Part shown: in pieces, positions 45,251 to 56,246 of the stretch
Layout of the letters: every line of letters starts with the position of its first letter
Position numbering within the stretch: the first letter of the stretch is position 1
Notes under the pieces: generated by a model
The model's input: only the letters and a program-made list of their open reading frames with translations
Database searches by the model: none
Told to the model about the DNA's origin: nothing
Made by a program: the position numbers and the translations under genes
Source: a virus
Strand: one strand, 5' to 3'
Length of the DNA: 64,000 nt
IMG/VR virus record: IMGVR_UViG_3300041964_000082
Span: 30,715 to 94,714 of that record

Positions 45251-45469
45251 ATGCAGCAGCACGTAACTTTGGGGCAAATAATTCAAATCTTGGAGACAGT
45301 GCCTTCTGCGATGAGCATTGCCGCTGATTCACTTGGCGTCTCTCCTGCTGAACTTAGGAAGATGCTGGAAGAGGGGAAAATCGTAAAAGATGAGTTCTTT
45401 CCTAAATTCTTAGCTCAATGCGCGACTGTCAGGCTGGAAGAACTGAGATCACAGGAAAACGATCGCTAG
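45251..45469 (+). CDS. Stand-alone tape-measure-domain mini-protein
   Basis: 19/52 identities, ungapped, to this phage's tape measure protein at ~57320-57475. Confidence 0.7.
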   Translation: MQQHVTLGQIIQILETVPSAMSIAADSLGVSPAELRKMLEEGKIVKDEFFPKFLAQCATVRLEELRSQENDR

Positions 45470-45848
45470 TCGTCATTATCAGACTACAGAATCGATCGAG
45501 TGCCATAATGAGCATCAACTTAGTGAAACCTGGTCATGATTTGCACCTACTGCCTTGTCGATGTGGATATAGATCCTTACGGCGGCAACTTTGGCAAAAT
45601 CGTTGCCTGTCCTAGTTGTGGGTGCAAAAGCACGTTGGATGGAGATGAGGTGATTGACGAGGAAAATGAAGACGGTTACTACTGGCATTACAGGCTAGAG
45701 CGGGCAGAAGACAGGATTGTGATTTTGCAGCCTGCCAATTCAAGTGCAGATGCAGCGACCGAAGCAATCGTGGTGAAGGCAAGGGAATAAAATCACCCCA
45801 GCACCTTGTTAGCTTCCGCCAAAAACACCTACAAAAATGCTAATGGCA

Positions 45849-46703
45849 TTATCCCAGCACCTTACTAGCTTCAGCAATAAACGATCGCGCCCGATCATAG
45901 TCGCACTCTCCAGCAACGAACCCCTGGACAAGTTCAACACCCTCCCTTAAGTAATCAGTAAGTAGTCGGGTTCGCATTTGTGCCACTCGATTTGCAGATT
46001 CCAGCCCTTCCACTCGATCGACTGTCTGCTGTTTTGTCGGAGGTTCAATGGTCTTACTCTCGATCGGGTTGAGGTTTTGCGCCTGCAACTGCGTCCCCAC
46101 CTGATTAATCAGCAACCACGCTTTCGACTCTGGATTATCAAAAGCAAGCTGAATCGCCAAGCCGGATCGCTCAACCACTTGACCTGCCCGATTAAACAAT
46201 AGATGAGAGCGATCGATTACATAGAGCGTCTGTCCTGCTGCAAACTCCTGCTGAGGCGATCGCGCTGCCTCTGCCGCTCGCTTATAGTCCTCAGCGATCG
46301 GCGTGTTGAGCGATCCACCTTCGACCAGGGCATCCACGGCTTCGACTGCTGCCTGCTGCTGATCACGAGTTAGAGAGGTAAGCGGGCGCAATTGTCGCTC
46401 ATTTCTGGGAGCCGTGGCTCCCAAACTGCGAAGATAGTCTTGGGTTTCTCCAGCGTTAATAAGCTGATTGACATAGCGCCTGCCTTTGTCCCACCGCTCT
46501 TGGCAGTACTCCTCAAAGGTGGCGTAATTTTCCCGGTAGAGTCGGTTGTCTCGAATCATCTGAAATGCCCGCCAAGCTTTGCTCAACCCGCGATCGGCTT
46601 CATCAAAACCCGCCTCGATTGCAACCTCGTAATGCCAGAGCTTGATTTTTTCTTCATCAGTCAATTCAGATTTGAGTACCGATGTTTCGACAACTTCTAT
46701 CAC
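45849..46703 (-). CDS. Phage protein with an N-terminal 'IRDxRLYR...TFEEYC' domain
   Basis: MIRDNRLYRENYATFEEYCQERW...NERQLRPL. Confidence 0.65.
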   Translation of the reverse strand: MIEVVETSVLKSELTDEEKIKLWHYEVAIEAGFDEADRGLSKAWRAFQMIRDNRLYRENYATFEEYCQERWDKGRRYVNQLINAGETQDYLRSLGATAPRNERQLRPLTSLTRDQQQAAVEAVDALVEGGSLNTPIAEDYKRAAEAARSPQQEFAAGQTLYVIDRSHLLFNRAGQVVERSGLAIQLAFDNPESKAWLLINQVGTQLQAQNLNPIESKTIEPPTKQQTVDRVEGLESANRVAQMRTRLLTDYLREGVELVQGFVAGECDYDRARSFIAEASKVLG

Positions 46704-46705
46704 AG

Positions 46706-47409
46706 TTAGGACTCCAGGGCAGTTCTGAGGGCGTTTAGGGCGGCAGACTCACAGCACTTTAATTCGGGCAAGCTCAAGTCATGGTGGGTTGCTATCTGCT
46801 GATCAGACATTCCCAAGTAATAGCGATCGATCGTGACTTCGTACTGCAAAAAAGGAAGGCGGGCGATCGCTTCTTGCAAGGGTTGATGCTCAGGATCTTC
46901 TGAAATTGCGGTTCTGCGGACTGCTGCCACTCCTCATCAAGTGGGGCGATCGACTTGCTAGCGGTTGCCTCCTCTAGCCACTTCCACACTTCCTCTTTAA
47001 TCCCCATCGCCGCCGCAACTTTAACGATCGGAAAATCAAGCCCCTGCGAAACAAGTTGGCGATGCTGTTTTTTTACGCTTGCCGCAGTTTCACGAGCACG
47101 GCGCGGCACTTTCATTAACTCCCCATGATCGCGCAGAAAATGCATGATTTCTCCGCGAATGCAGGGCACAGCAAACGAACTAAATTTAAGCCCTAAAGTC
47201 GGATCGTATCCCTTAAGGGCTTTGGTCAATCCAACTAGTGCAAGTTGCTCTAGGTCTTCTAGTGGTTCACCACAAAGCGACTGCATTCGCCTCGCAACTT
47301 TCAATGCAAGCGGGCGGTGACGATTCAGCAGTTTTGCAATAGGAATGCTTGACCGAACAGAGGAAGCAGATCGCATCGAAGCGGCGGCAATGGCTGAGGG
47401 CACGATCAA
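46706..47409 (-). CDS. SigB/SigF-like group 3 sigma factor (frameshifted)
   Basis: EDLEQLALVGLTKA..YDP..G.KFSSFAVPCIRGEIMHFLRD...KVPR; region 4 AIARLP...RYYLGMSDQQIA. Confidence 0.9.
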
Positions 47410-47484
47410 AAGTACTAATGAGTTGTACTAAATCTAGCGTCCAACGCTTGTGATGTCGAGCTATTTAGCGTTTTAGGGCAAAGT

Positions 47485-50400
47485 GTGAGTAGTGAAGCGG
47501 CAGCACAATTAATCGAGAGAACCGATCGCACTCTTCAAGATATGGAAGATGCGGAAGTCGAACGACTTTATGCAGCCTTAGACGCTTCTTATCGACGACT
47601 CGAAGCTGATCTACTGCGTCGATATCCCAACTACACCGCAGAATCAAAACCGGATTTGCTAGCGACTCAGCGCGGCGTTCTTCTGGTTAATGATCTGCAA
47701 GCGCAACTTGCACTAATTGACCCCGATCGTGAGCAAGAGTTGCGCGATCGCTATGAAAAGTTGCTGTCAACTGCCTCGAAAGAGGGAACGACGCTGGGTG
47801 ATGAGTTAGTAGCGCTTGAGCAGGGCGATAGCTTTGTCAAGGCAACTGCAACTGTACCGATCGAGGCTGCTGCTTTTGCGGCGAGGGATGCAGTCGATCG
47901 CCTCAAGAAACACGATCAGACATTCCGTGAAGAAGCATCCACGATCATCACTCAAGGATTGATTCAAGGGCAAGGAGCGCAAAAGGTTGCTGGATTTCTG
48001 CGGCAGCGGCTAGGAGTAACTAAGGGTAAGGCAGAGACGATCGCCCGCACTGAAATTATTTCGGCTCAAGATTCAGCCACTCGATCGAGATATAAGGAAT
48101 ATGGGGTGGCTTACATTCAGCGAATTGCTACGCAAGACCGTAGGGTCTGTTTTTTTTGCGCCGATCGCGCTGGCAATGTATATCCCGTTGACGCTGCGCC
48201 TGCTGTAATTCATCCGCGAGATCGTTGTTTTAATTCGCCGTATTTCCCTGAGCAAGAGGCATCCGACCCTAAGGCTAACGAGTGGGTTAAGCAACACGCT
48301 CAAAAAGTAAAAGCGACAACTACTGATCAATCGACTGGCAATGTTGCGCCATTTGAACGCGCTGCCAATATCTCTCCGCCTAAGCCAGTTTGGACGCCTG
48401 CCGATGGCTACCTCGATCGCTCAGTGCAGGTCAAGGGCGAACAGTGGGCAGTTGGCAAGCTAGTAGCGCAACTGCTCAAAGATCGATCGCAGCGACAGAC
48501 TCCACAGGAGCAAGTCAACAACGATCTGCTGATTGCGCTCACGGTTGGGGCGGCGGTCGCAGGTACGACAGTCGGCAGCTACTATCTAGCTCGATCGCGC
48601 TATCGCAAAGGGTTTAAGCGATCGGCAACAATGGCACAAGAACTGTCGCAAAAGTTTCGCAAAGGGGTAGAAGCTGACCCCAGCGAAAACGATGAGCAAG
48701 TGACGTTTGTTGTGGGTGGCTTTTCAGGAGAGCAGGGCGGGCAGGGCATTTATCTAGCGAACTACTTTCAAAAAGTCGTACTGCCCAAGCATCGAGTTGT
48801 GGGGGTACGCACACCCGAATTCGATGTAGAAGATCCGGGCGGAGCGCCCACACCTCGCAAGGTAAGCCAAATCTTCTCGAAGTTCCTTTCGACCTGCGAT
48901 CGTCGAAGGTCGCAACATGGCATCCGTGAGAGTGGCAGCGCAAGCCTATGCTTTTCATCAGAAATACCCTGACAAACCGATCAATATCATCGGCTACAGT
49001 GCAGGCGGTGCAACGGCATTCGAGGCAGCAGAGATCCTTAAGGAGATGGGCATCACTGCCAAGGTAGTCGCGATCGGGTCGCCTTATTTCGGCTTCAACG
49101 AAATGTCGCCAGAGCAGGGCATCACGATCGCTGGCACAGGTGATCCGTGGGCACAGCTTAGCGCTCTCAATCGCGTTCCACTTGCCAATGTCAAAAACCA
49201 CTCATTAGAGCAGTATTTGCCGGACGAGGAATTCGTCGCCACGATCAAGCAATTTCTGAAAGGCAGACATTCCGCCCAAAGAACGATCGAGCGAAGCGGC
49301 TGAGCCTGTCAAGACGAGCGAACCATTGACGACGATGTACTAGCACGGCAGATTGACGAACTGATCCCGCAACTGCTGTTGCTCAGTGCTGACGAGATTC
49401 GATTGCTTCCCCCTGCGATCGCGCAAAAGGTTCTTGCTGCCCGTAACGCTGCGGATTACTACCCGGACGCGCTGATCCGAAAGCCTTGCCGGGGCTAGCA
49501 GAACCGAAAGCTCTGCCAGGATATGAGCCATTGCTGGCACTACCTGAAGCACAACCCGTTAAAGGACTGCTGCGGGGTGAGTTGCCACGATTGGCGCTGC
49601 CAGCAGGTGTAGAGCTTGCGCCATTGACACCCGTTGAACGGCAAGCACTGGAAACGAAGATCGCCCGCAATTTGTACAAGCAAGCCCGATCGATCGATCG
49701 GGGAGCCTCACGACTGGCAGAGTTTCGACTGCGGCAGGCGATCGATGAAATCAAGCGGCAGGATATGCCCTGCACAGGCAAAAGGTGCAGCCTATCGCAA
49801 GGCAGTTTTCGAGCAGTTGCAAGGCACGATCGAGACGGCAGAAGCTACGCCACCCGGAGCAAAAGACGCTGAGCAGTTCGATCGCTTTCGATTTAAGGGC
49901 GTCGATTGGTACGTCCCCAAACTAGGAGAAAACAGCCCCACCCTTGACCTATTGCGCAAGGTAGCAGAACTTGACTTGCCTGAGAATGCGCTTGGCAGTG
50001 GGGATATTTACATCACTCGGCAGCGCAACGCTTCAGAGCAGTATTGGCGCAAAAAGCTGAAGCTGAACACGCCTAAAGTAAACGGCATGGTCGCATTCGA
50101 CGAAGGGGCGATCGCGCTCTACGGAGGACGTGCCAAGATTGACGATCTGCTGCTGCAAGCTGGCTATCTGAGGGCGTATCAGCAGTTTGGACAACTGACG
50201 CCACCTGAGCGCTCTGAATACGCCCGTGCCATGCAAGAGACGCGCATGGCGTATCAGAACCGACCCGATCGCGACTTTGCCGAATCGGTGAAAGAGTTTT
50301 TCCTCAATCCTGACTATCTGAAGAAGTTCGCACCCGCCCGCTACGAAACGATCGCCCGCGCTTTTAACTATCGCCATCCGGTCAAGCAACCTGCTGCAAA

Positions 50401-52930
50401 ACCAGTTCCCGTAGCAGAACCTACGACTGAGCAACCAGCTTACGTCCGTCGATTGAGCGACACAACCGATCAAGAGTTAGATCGGTGGATGGCTGAAGCA
50501 CAAAGAATTGAGAAATCAATCGCGCCCAGCCTGAAGGGGCGGATTGAAGAGAGTTTAAGTCTTTTAGAGACACTGAAAGAAGCGATCGCAGAAAGCCCAA
50601 GCACCAAGAAAAACATTCGCGAGATCCGGGACGCTAACAATAATTTGCAGGCGATTGGTCTAATTCAGGTTCGGCGCAGAGGAAGCCAAGATTATATCCA
50701 CGTGGGTGTGTTAGCAACCGCACCCAGCAACATCACAAGAGAGCCTGATTCTGTTAGTGGTGCTGGAAGCGCATTTATGAAGAACTTGGCTCAAGAAGCG
50801 CTGCTTTTGGGTGCAGATTCGATCGAGCTAGATGCAGGTGACGATGCGGAAGGGTTCTACTTCAAACTTGGGTTTACCAAACCTAATCCACCTCAATCTG
50901 CTGAGCCGCAGCAGCCGGATACACGCAGCCCGCAGATTGTTGAAGACTTGCGCACTGCTAACGCCACACTTGCCGATCGCATTCGCACCCAGCGAGAGCA
51001 GGCGAACGAACTCGCAACAGCGCAACGCAGCACCAAGAAAATTCAGCAGGCACTCGATCGAGTGGATCTGCCACGCACTGCGGTGCAGCAGGAGCAAGCG
51101 TCTCAGGAAATTCGCATCCAAGAGGAGGCGATCAACCGAGTCGAAGCGCAGATCGAAGCGATCGAGCAAGCGGGCAGCACAGCTACTAATCCACTCAACC
51201 CGCCCTATTTCTCGACCGTGCCGCAGCAGATTCGAGCAGCTAAGGCGCAACTGAAGCAAGCATCAAAGCAACTACAGGCGATCGAAAACATCGAGCAGAC
51301 CGCCATGAAGCTGCGAACTAACAGTGCAGAACTACAGAGGACGTTGAATGACCTCAGCACTCGTCGCGAATCCTTGCAGGCAGAGGGAGAACGGCGAGAT
51401 GTGGAGCGATCGATCACCACACTGAAACAAGATTTAGAAACCGCAGAGGAAGAGTTGTTGGATCTGCCTCGATCGAGTGAGAAGTCGCAGGCATTGCGAG
51501 ACTTGCAGCGATTGCGGGCAGCAGTAAACTCACAATCTACAGGCGTGAGTGTGGCAGACTTGCACCGCCAAGATCTAGAGCCGCGCATTCGGCAGGTATC
51601 GCAGGCGGCAGAGTCGCTTGAGGTTCTGACGGCTCGACTCGATTCTAGTCGGGACAAGCTAGACGATCTACTACAACGCCTGAATGGGCTACCTACCAAA
51701 ACTCAAGATCTAACCGCAGAACAGCGCGATCGCTACAGTGCAATTAAGCGCACCCGCAACGCTCAAGGCAAGCTGCCGCAGCGGGTAGAGCAGTATCGAC
51801 AGTTACGGGCTGAATTGAGTTCACAGCTTGCCACCCGCGCCAACACCACGCAGCAGCTATCCGACAATTACAGTACTCAGCGGCAGTCAGCGATCAACAA
51901 CCTGCAAGCGATCGTTAGCCGCGATGTCGAAACCGTTCGCACCAACCTACAGATCCTTGCTTCTCTTCGTCCCGGTTCAGTCGCTTGGCTGCTGGATAGC
52001 CGCAACTGGGAAGAAGGGGCGATGCCTTCAGATCTGGCGATCGTCTTGCAGCGCCAACCCGGAAAGACGCCAAACGAGCGCTTGCAGTCTGCCGCCAACG
52101 AAGTAGCAAAACTAGTGGGGCAGGTGAACGGGCGCATCCAATCGATTCAAAAGCAGCTTGACTACCCGGATCAGCTTGCACAGGCTACAACCGCTCAAGC
52201 CGCTGCCCAGATCGCTCAATGGCAGCAGTTGCGCGACGAGTTGGCGGATGAGGGCAGGTTGAGCGATCGCCAGATTCAACAGCTTTTGAAGACGCCAGAG
52301 CGCATTCGAGCGATCGATGTGGCGCGATCGGGCAATCAGTTGATCGAAGACTTGGCAGAGTTCAACCAAGACTTTGCCAACCTGCTTCTAACTGATGAGA
52401 ATGTTGATCCACGCCAAATCATTGATCAGTCGGAACTGTACCGACGCGCTCGTGATGGCTTCGCTGAGGAAACTGCACAGACCAAAGCAGCGATCGCTCG
52501 TGAGATTGAAGATGCTCTTGCAATTGCCACGGCACTACAGCAGCGCAGTGAACGCGATCAAGGGGCAGCGTTAATCTATGAGGTAGATGGTCGCGCGATT
52601 AGCGTGTCAGACTTGCGATCGCAGCTAGAGCAATACAATCAGCAGTTGCGAGAATTCTTGCAGATCCCTCAGATTGATGTAGCGGCAAGAGTGACGGCAG
52701 AAGAAGACGATCGCTTGCGTCGTCGTCAAAGTGAGGTAGAGAAATCTCAAGCGCAGATCGCACGACTGGCAGCACTTCAGGGTGAGCTATCAGAAGTTAA
52801 TTTAGAAATCCAAAAGCGAATTGAAGCCAGAGAGCGTGGGCAGAAACGAGGAATTGCAGTCGATCGCCTCGAAGCAAGACGCAGACGAATCCTAAAAGAC
52901 ATCGAGAACGCAGGCAACCCCAATGGATGA
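47485..52930 (+). CDS. Giant MuF/SPP1-gp7 minor head protein with alpha/beta-hydrolase, degenerate metallopeptidase, GNAT and coiled-coil domains (frameshifted)
   Basis: AETIARTE...DRRVCFFC...IHPRDRC; GYSAGG; DRDFAESV..F.L.P..LK..APARY; GAGSAFM...AEGFYFKLGF. Confidence 0.75.
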
Positions 52931-53168
52931 CACCACAGAACGGATTGAAGCAACCGAAAAAAATCCGCTACCTAATGGCGGGAAGTATGCGGTTGTTCGG
53001 TACGAGGGCGCAGACGGGCTACCTGCTACCAAGGCGACGGCAGCTAAGGCAGAAATCATCGAGTACAGTGCGGACGATCGCCCAATATCCCTAATTATTA
53101 TGAGGCTTGGTGATGGAAGAGGTGGATCTGATCGGGCTGAGGACAGCGATCGAGACAGCGCTGAGTGA
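52923..53168 (+). CDS. Small acidic protein downstream of MuF (candidate immunity or partner)
   Basis: Overlaps the MuF stop; PNGGKYAVVRY...AEIIEY. Confidence 0.5.
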   Translation: MDDTTERIEATEKNPLPNGGKYAVVRYEGADGLPATKATAAKAEIIEYSADDRPISLIIMRLGDGRGGSDRAEDSDRDSAE

Positions 53169-53535
53169 TGAACTGGGGATCTATGTTTTCCCAAACGGAC
53201 AGACCACGCCTGCGATCGTGCTGAGCATGGGAACCGATACCAGTCCGATCGTTGGGACTAAGGCGGAGGGGCTAGAGTGTGTGCTTGTGTTCCGTCCTGA
53301 TGTGCCGCTGCGTCCCTTGATGGGCAACGCTTTCGAGGAAACTTACACGGTTCAAATCCTGCTGAAGCAGTGGAGCGCTGAGCAGAACACATTGGGCGCA
53401 CTGTCGCGAATCCTGGAGACGATGATTACATTGCCTGGGTGGTCAGTGCAAAGCGGCAGTGTTCGGCGGCAGATCCCGATCGTAGAGCTTGGCAATATCG
53501 AGATTTTATCGATGGTTCTCACTCAAACTTGCTGA
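53107..53535 (+). CDS. Putative tail completion/terminator protein
   Basis: Size and position directly before the tail tube gene. Confidence 0.5.
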   Translation: MVMEEVDLIGLRTAIETALSDELGIYVFPNGQTTPAIVLSMGTDTSPIVGTKAEGLECVLVFRPDVPLRPLMGNAFEETYTVQILLKQWSAEQNTLGALSRILETMITLPGWSVQSGSVRRQIPIVELGNIEILSMVLTQTC

Positions 53536-53583
53536 GAGAAGCATAGGAACACTGCCCGCAGAACTAATTCTAAAGACTCTGCA

Positions 53584-54281
53584 ATGGCTAAAACTCCTTT
53601 TTTCACAGGGAAGGGCGTAGAACTGTGGCTAGCTGCGCTTCCCTGATGGTATTGAAACCGAGCCGATCGAATTTACGGCAACGGCATCCGCAGCAGCAAA
53701 AGGGGCAACCACAGTCACCATTACGCCCGCCCTGCCTGCCGATAGCTTCGTGCCCAAAGACAGCTATATCAATGCCATCAGTGCGCTAGGTTACGAGGTT
53801 CTGGTGCAGCTTAATGCTGATGCTGAGGCTGGAGATACAACGCTAACGACCAAGCCACTACCGAAGCGATCGTTGCGGGTTCGACGGTCGAATATCCGCT
53901 CAAGCTTCGCGCTCGTACCACTGCCGACCTTGATCGCTCTGGCAACCGAGTCACACGGTTACTTTTGATGATGATGCCTACGAATCCGGCGCACCACGAC
54001 GATCTCGATCGGACTGAATATGCAAGGTAACTGGTCGCCTCTCGATGCAGGCTACGCCACCGCTGAGCATTGGTTTAACGAGGGCTATCAGCAGCTTTAT
54101 TTCTGGATGCAGCTTCCCAATCCTCGCCCGACTGTTTACAGCAAGGGCAAGGTTTACAAGGGCACAGGGTCAATCACCTCAATGCCGCTATCTGCTCCGG
54201 CTGACGGCATTATCACAGGAAATATTGACGCCGCCTTTAACGGTAAGCCGACGATGGTTAACCCAGCGGCCGATCGTCTAA
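53584..54281 (+). CDS. Major tail tube protein (frameshifted)
   Basis: KVYKGTGSITSMPLSAPADGIITGNIDAAFNGKP; precedes the chaperone genes. Confidence 0.7.
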
Positions 54282-54481
54282 GGATGATCCGCTCATTGCA
54301 GTCGCGCGGTGTCTTTTGCTGTGGCTGTACGTTGCAGCCCGATGGTGTCCAGGTCGCGATCTATATGACTGATGGTAGTCAAATAGGAAATCGCGACCTG
54401 GTAGACCTCGACACAAACGATCGCTACACCGTGCAGCTTCCCCAGATCACAGAAAGCCCAACTTACAAGATTTTCTCTCCT

Positions 54482-55263
54482 ATGCCCCTGCCCTACAAAA
54501 CGCTTAAGCCCGTTGAAACCGTCGAAGTAGGCGGGTTCACAATTCGGAAGCGAGGCAGCTTGACCGTAGCCGAAGAACACGCCATGCGCGATCTTGGCGC
54601 TGAAATCGAAACCGAATTGAAAGATCTGACTCCAATGCAGTCAGACTTGGCACTAAAACAGCGTGTAGTCACCATCCTGATTCAGTCACGCCTCGATCGC
54701 GAGTGGAGCCTTGAAAAAACTCAAGCTTCTGTTTGGCCTGTAGAGATGGATGGAGAGACAGCAGAGATTGAACCAGACATGGAAATGCTGGACGCACTGT
54801 TTGACTTCTTCATGGCTGAACAGCGGCGACACAAGTCGATCGAGGATTTAGAGACAGAACCGCAGTCGGCTAAAAAAAAGAAATAAATTGGACGGAAACC
54901 TACTGGCGACTGAAGCTGGCATATCCCGGTGAGGAACGCTTCAATGAGGATCGGTTTGGTGATTGTTCTCTGACTGAAGTTGAAGACGCACTAAATGCAC
55001 TCGATCGCCGCGACTTTGAAGCCGCCAATCGTGCCGCCATCCCGATCGCTTCTGTTGGGCAAATGGTCGCTGCTAGTAAGGGTGTTAAGGAAATTGACTC
55101 AGAGATGTTTAACCCCTACGCCAGTGTTCTCTATTCAGAAGAAGCCCGATCGATCATCGATCCAAAAGTTGCTCAAATTTGGCTGGATTTGGCAAATGAG
55201 CAACGCATTCCAAGTTGGGCGATCGCAGAAATTGACATGAAACTGATTCGAGCCGCAGTATGA
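54482..55263 (+). CDS. Tail assembly chaperone G/GT with a -1 programmed frameshift
   Basis: G ends GCT AAA AAA AAG AAA TAA (A_AAA_AAG at 54874-54880); the -1 frame stays open as EINWTETYW... to 55263. Confidence 0.75.
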
Positions 55264-55634
55264 GCAGCTATAAACTCAGCCTAAACATCACCGAGATCAA
55301 TAGAGCAGCAGAGCAGGCGTTTGTTGACACTGCTTTTCAGTTTGGCGCTGCTATGACTCGCGTAATCTCAGAGCCTCGATCGTGGGCGGGCTGGGATGAC
55401 ACACGAGACATCGTTGACACCGGACAACTGCGATCGAGTCAACTGATGGCCTTTAACAATCCTTTTGAAGCTGCCTACTCGTGGCCTACAGAGTACGCCG
55501 CCTACGTTCACGAAGGCTACACACTAAGAAACGGCGATCGAGTTGCGGGACGACCTTGGACGGTGATTGCACAGCAAGAATTTGACATCCAAGAGGCGTA
55601 TGCTGCGGCATATCAGAAATACATAAATTCGTAG
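55260..55634 (+). CDS. HK97 gp10-like tail protein
   Basis: RDIVDTGQLRSS...YAAYVHEG...RPW. Confidence 0.8.
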   Translation: MSSYKLSLNITEINRAAEQAFVDTAFQFGAAMTRVISEPRSWAGWDDTRDIVDTGQLRSSQLMAFNNPFEAAYSWPTEYAAYVHEGYTLRNGDRVAGRPWTVIAQQEFDIQEAYAAAYQKYINS

Positions 55635-55723
55635 CCTCTTGTTTTCATCAAAACTTCACAGCCAGAGATTGCAGAATTTTATCCGACGACAAGCATACTA
55701 AAGGGGTCGATTCCATCTTCCTC

Positions 55724-56194
55724 ATGAAAGCTCAAGCATCTGCGATCGCTGTCTTGATTCTTTTGGCTGGCTGCGCTGCTCAATCTAAGCATCTGAGTGG
55801 ACAGGTACTCTTTCCTAGCGCTCCACCGGGGTATGATGGGCAACCCTGTGCTGCGCCAACAGGCTATGACGATATCAAAGCGGGGTTACAGGTTGTCGTC
55901 AAAAATGCAGCAGGCGAGATCGTAGGCAGTGGAACGCTTCAGGAAAGCACGTCAACGGCGAAACCCTTGAACGAAGAGCAGCAGCGAGGATTGCAAGATC
56001 CACAGGTGGCAGCACACCTTGCAGGCAGAGTACCAATTAGCTGTAGCTTCCCTTTCGAGGTTGAAGGAATACCAAAATCTGACTTTTACACGGTTCAGGT
56101 TGGAAATGACGATCGCGGCTCTCTAACTTTTAAGTTTGACCAACTTGAACAGCAGGATTGGAAGGTTGTTTTAACGCTGGGTGATGCGCCCTAG
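55724..56194 (+). CDS. Lipoprotein moron
   Basis: Signal peptide with lipobox LAGC; inserted between tail genes. Confidence 0.75.
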   Translation: MKAQASAIAVLILLAGCAAQSKHLSGQVLFPSAPPGYDGQPCAAPTGYDDIKAGLQVVVKNAAGEIVGSGTLQESTSTAKPLNEEQQRGLQDPQVAAHLAGRVPISCSFPFEVEGIPKSDFYTVQVGNDDRGSLTFKFDQLEQQDWKVVLTLGDAP

Positions 56195-56246
56195 CTCGAT
56201 CGCTTTGAGGTAGGAATTCTAGCCACGAAGTCTTTAAGCAAACTTT

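Noticed and set aside
45793-45872. Short imperfect direct repeat CCCAGCACCTT..TAGCTTC
   Set aside because: Looks like a local duplication of a gene 3' end; no evidence that it is an att site
54020-54886. 288-aa ORF as a single gene
   Set aside because: Probably an indel-created fusion of the tail tube C-terminus with the downstream chaperone region
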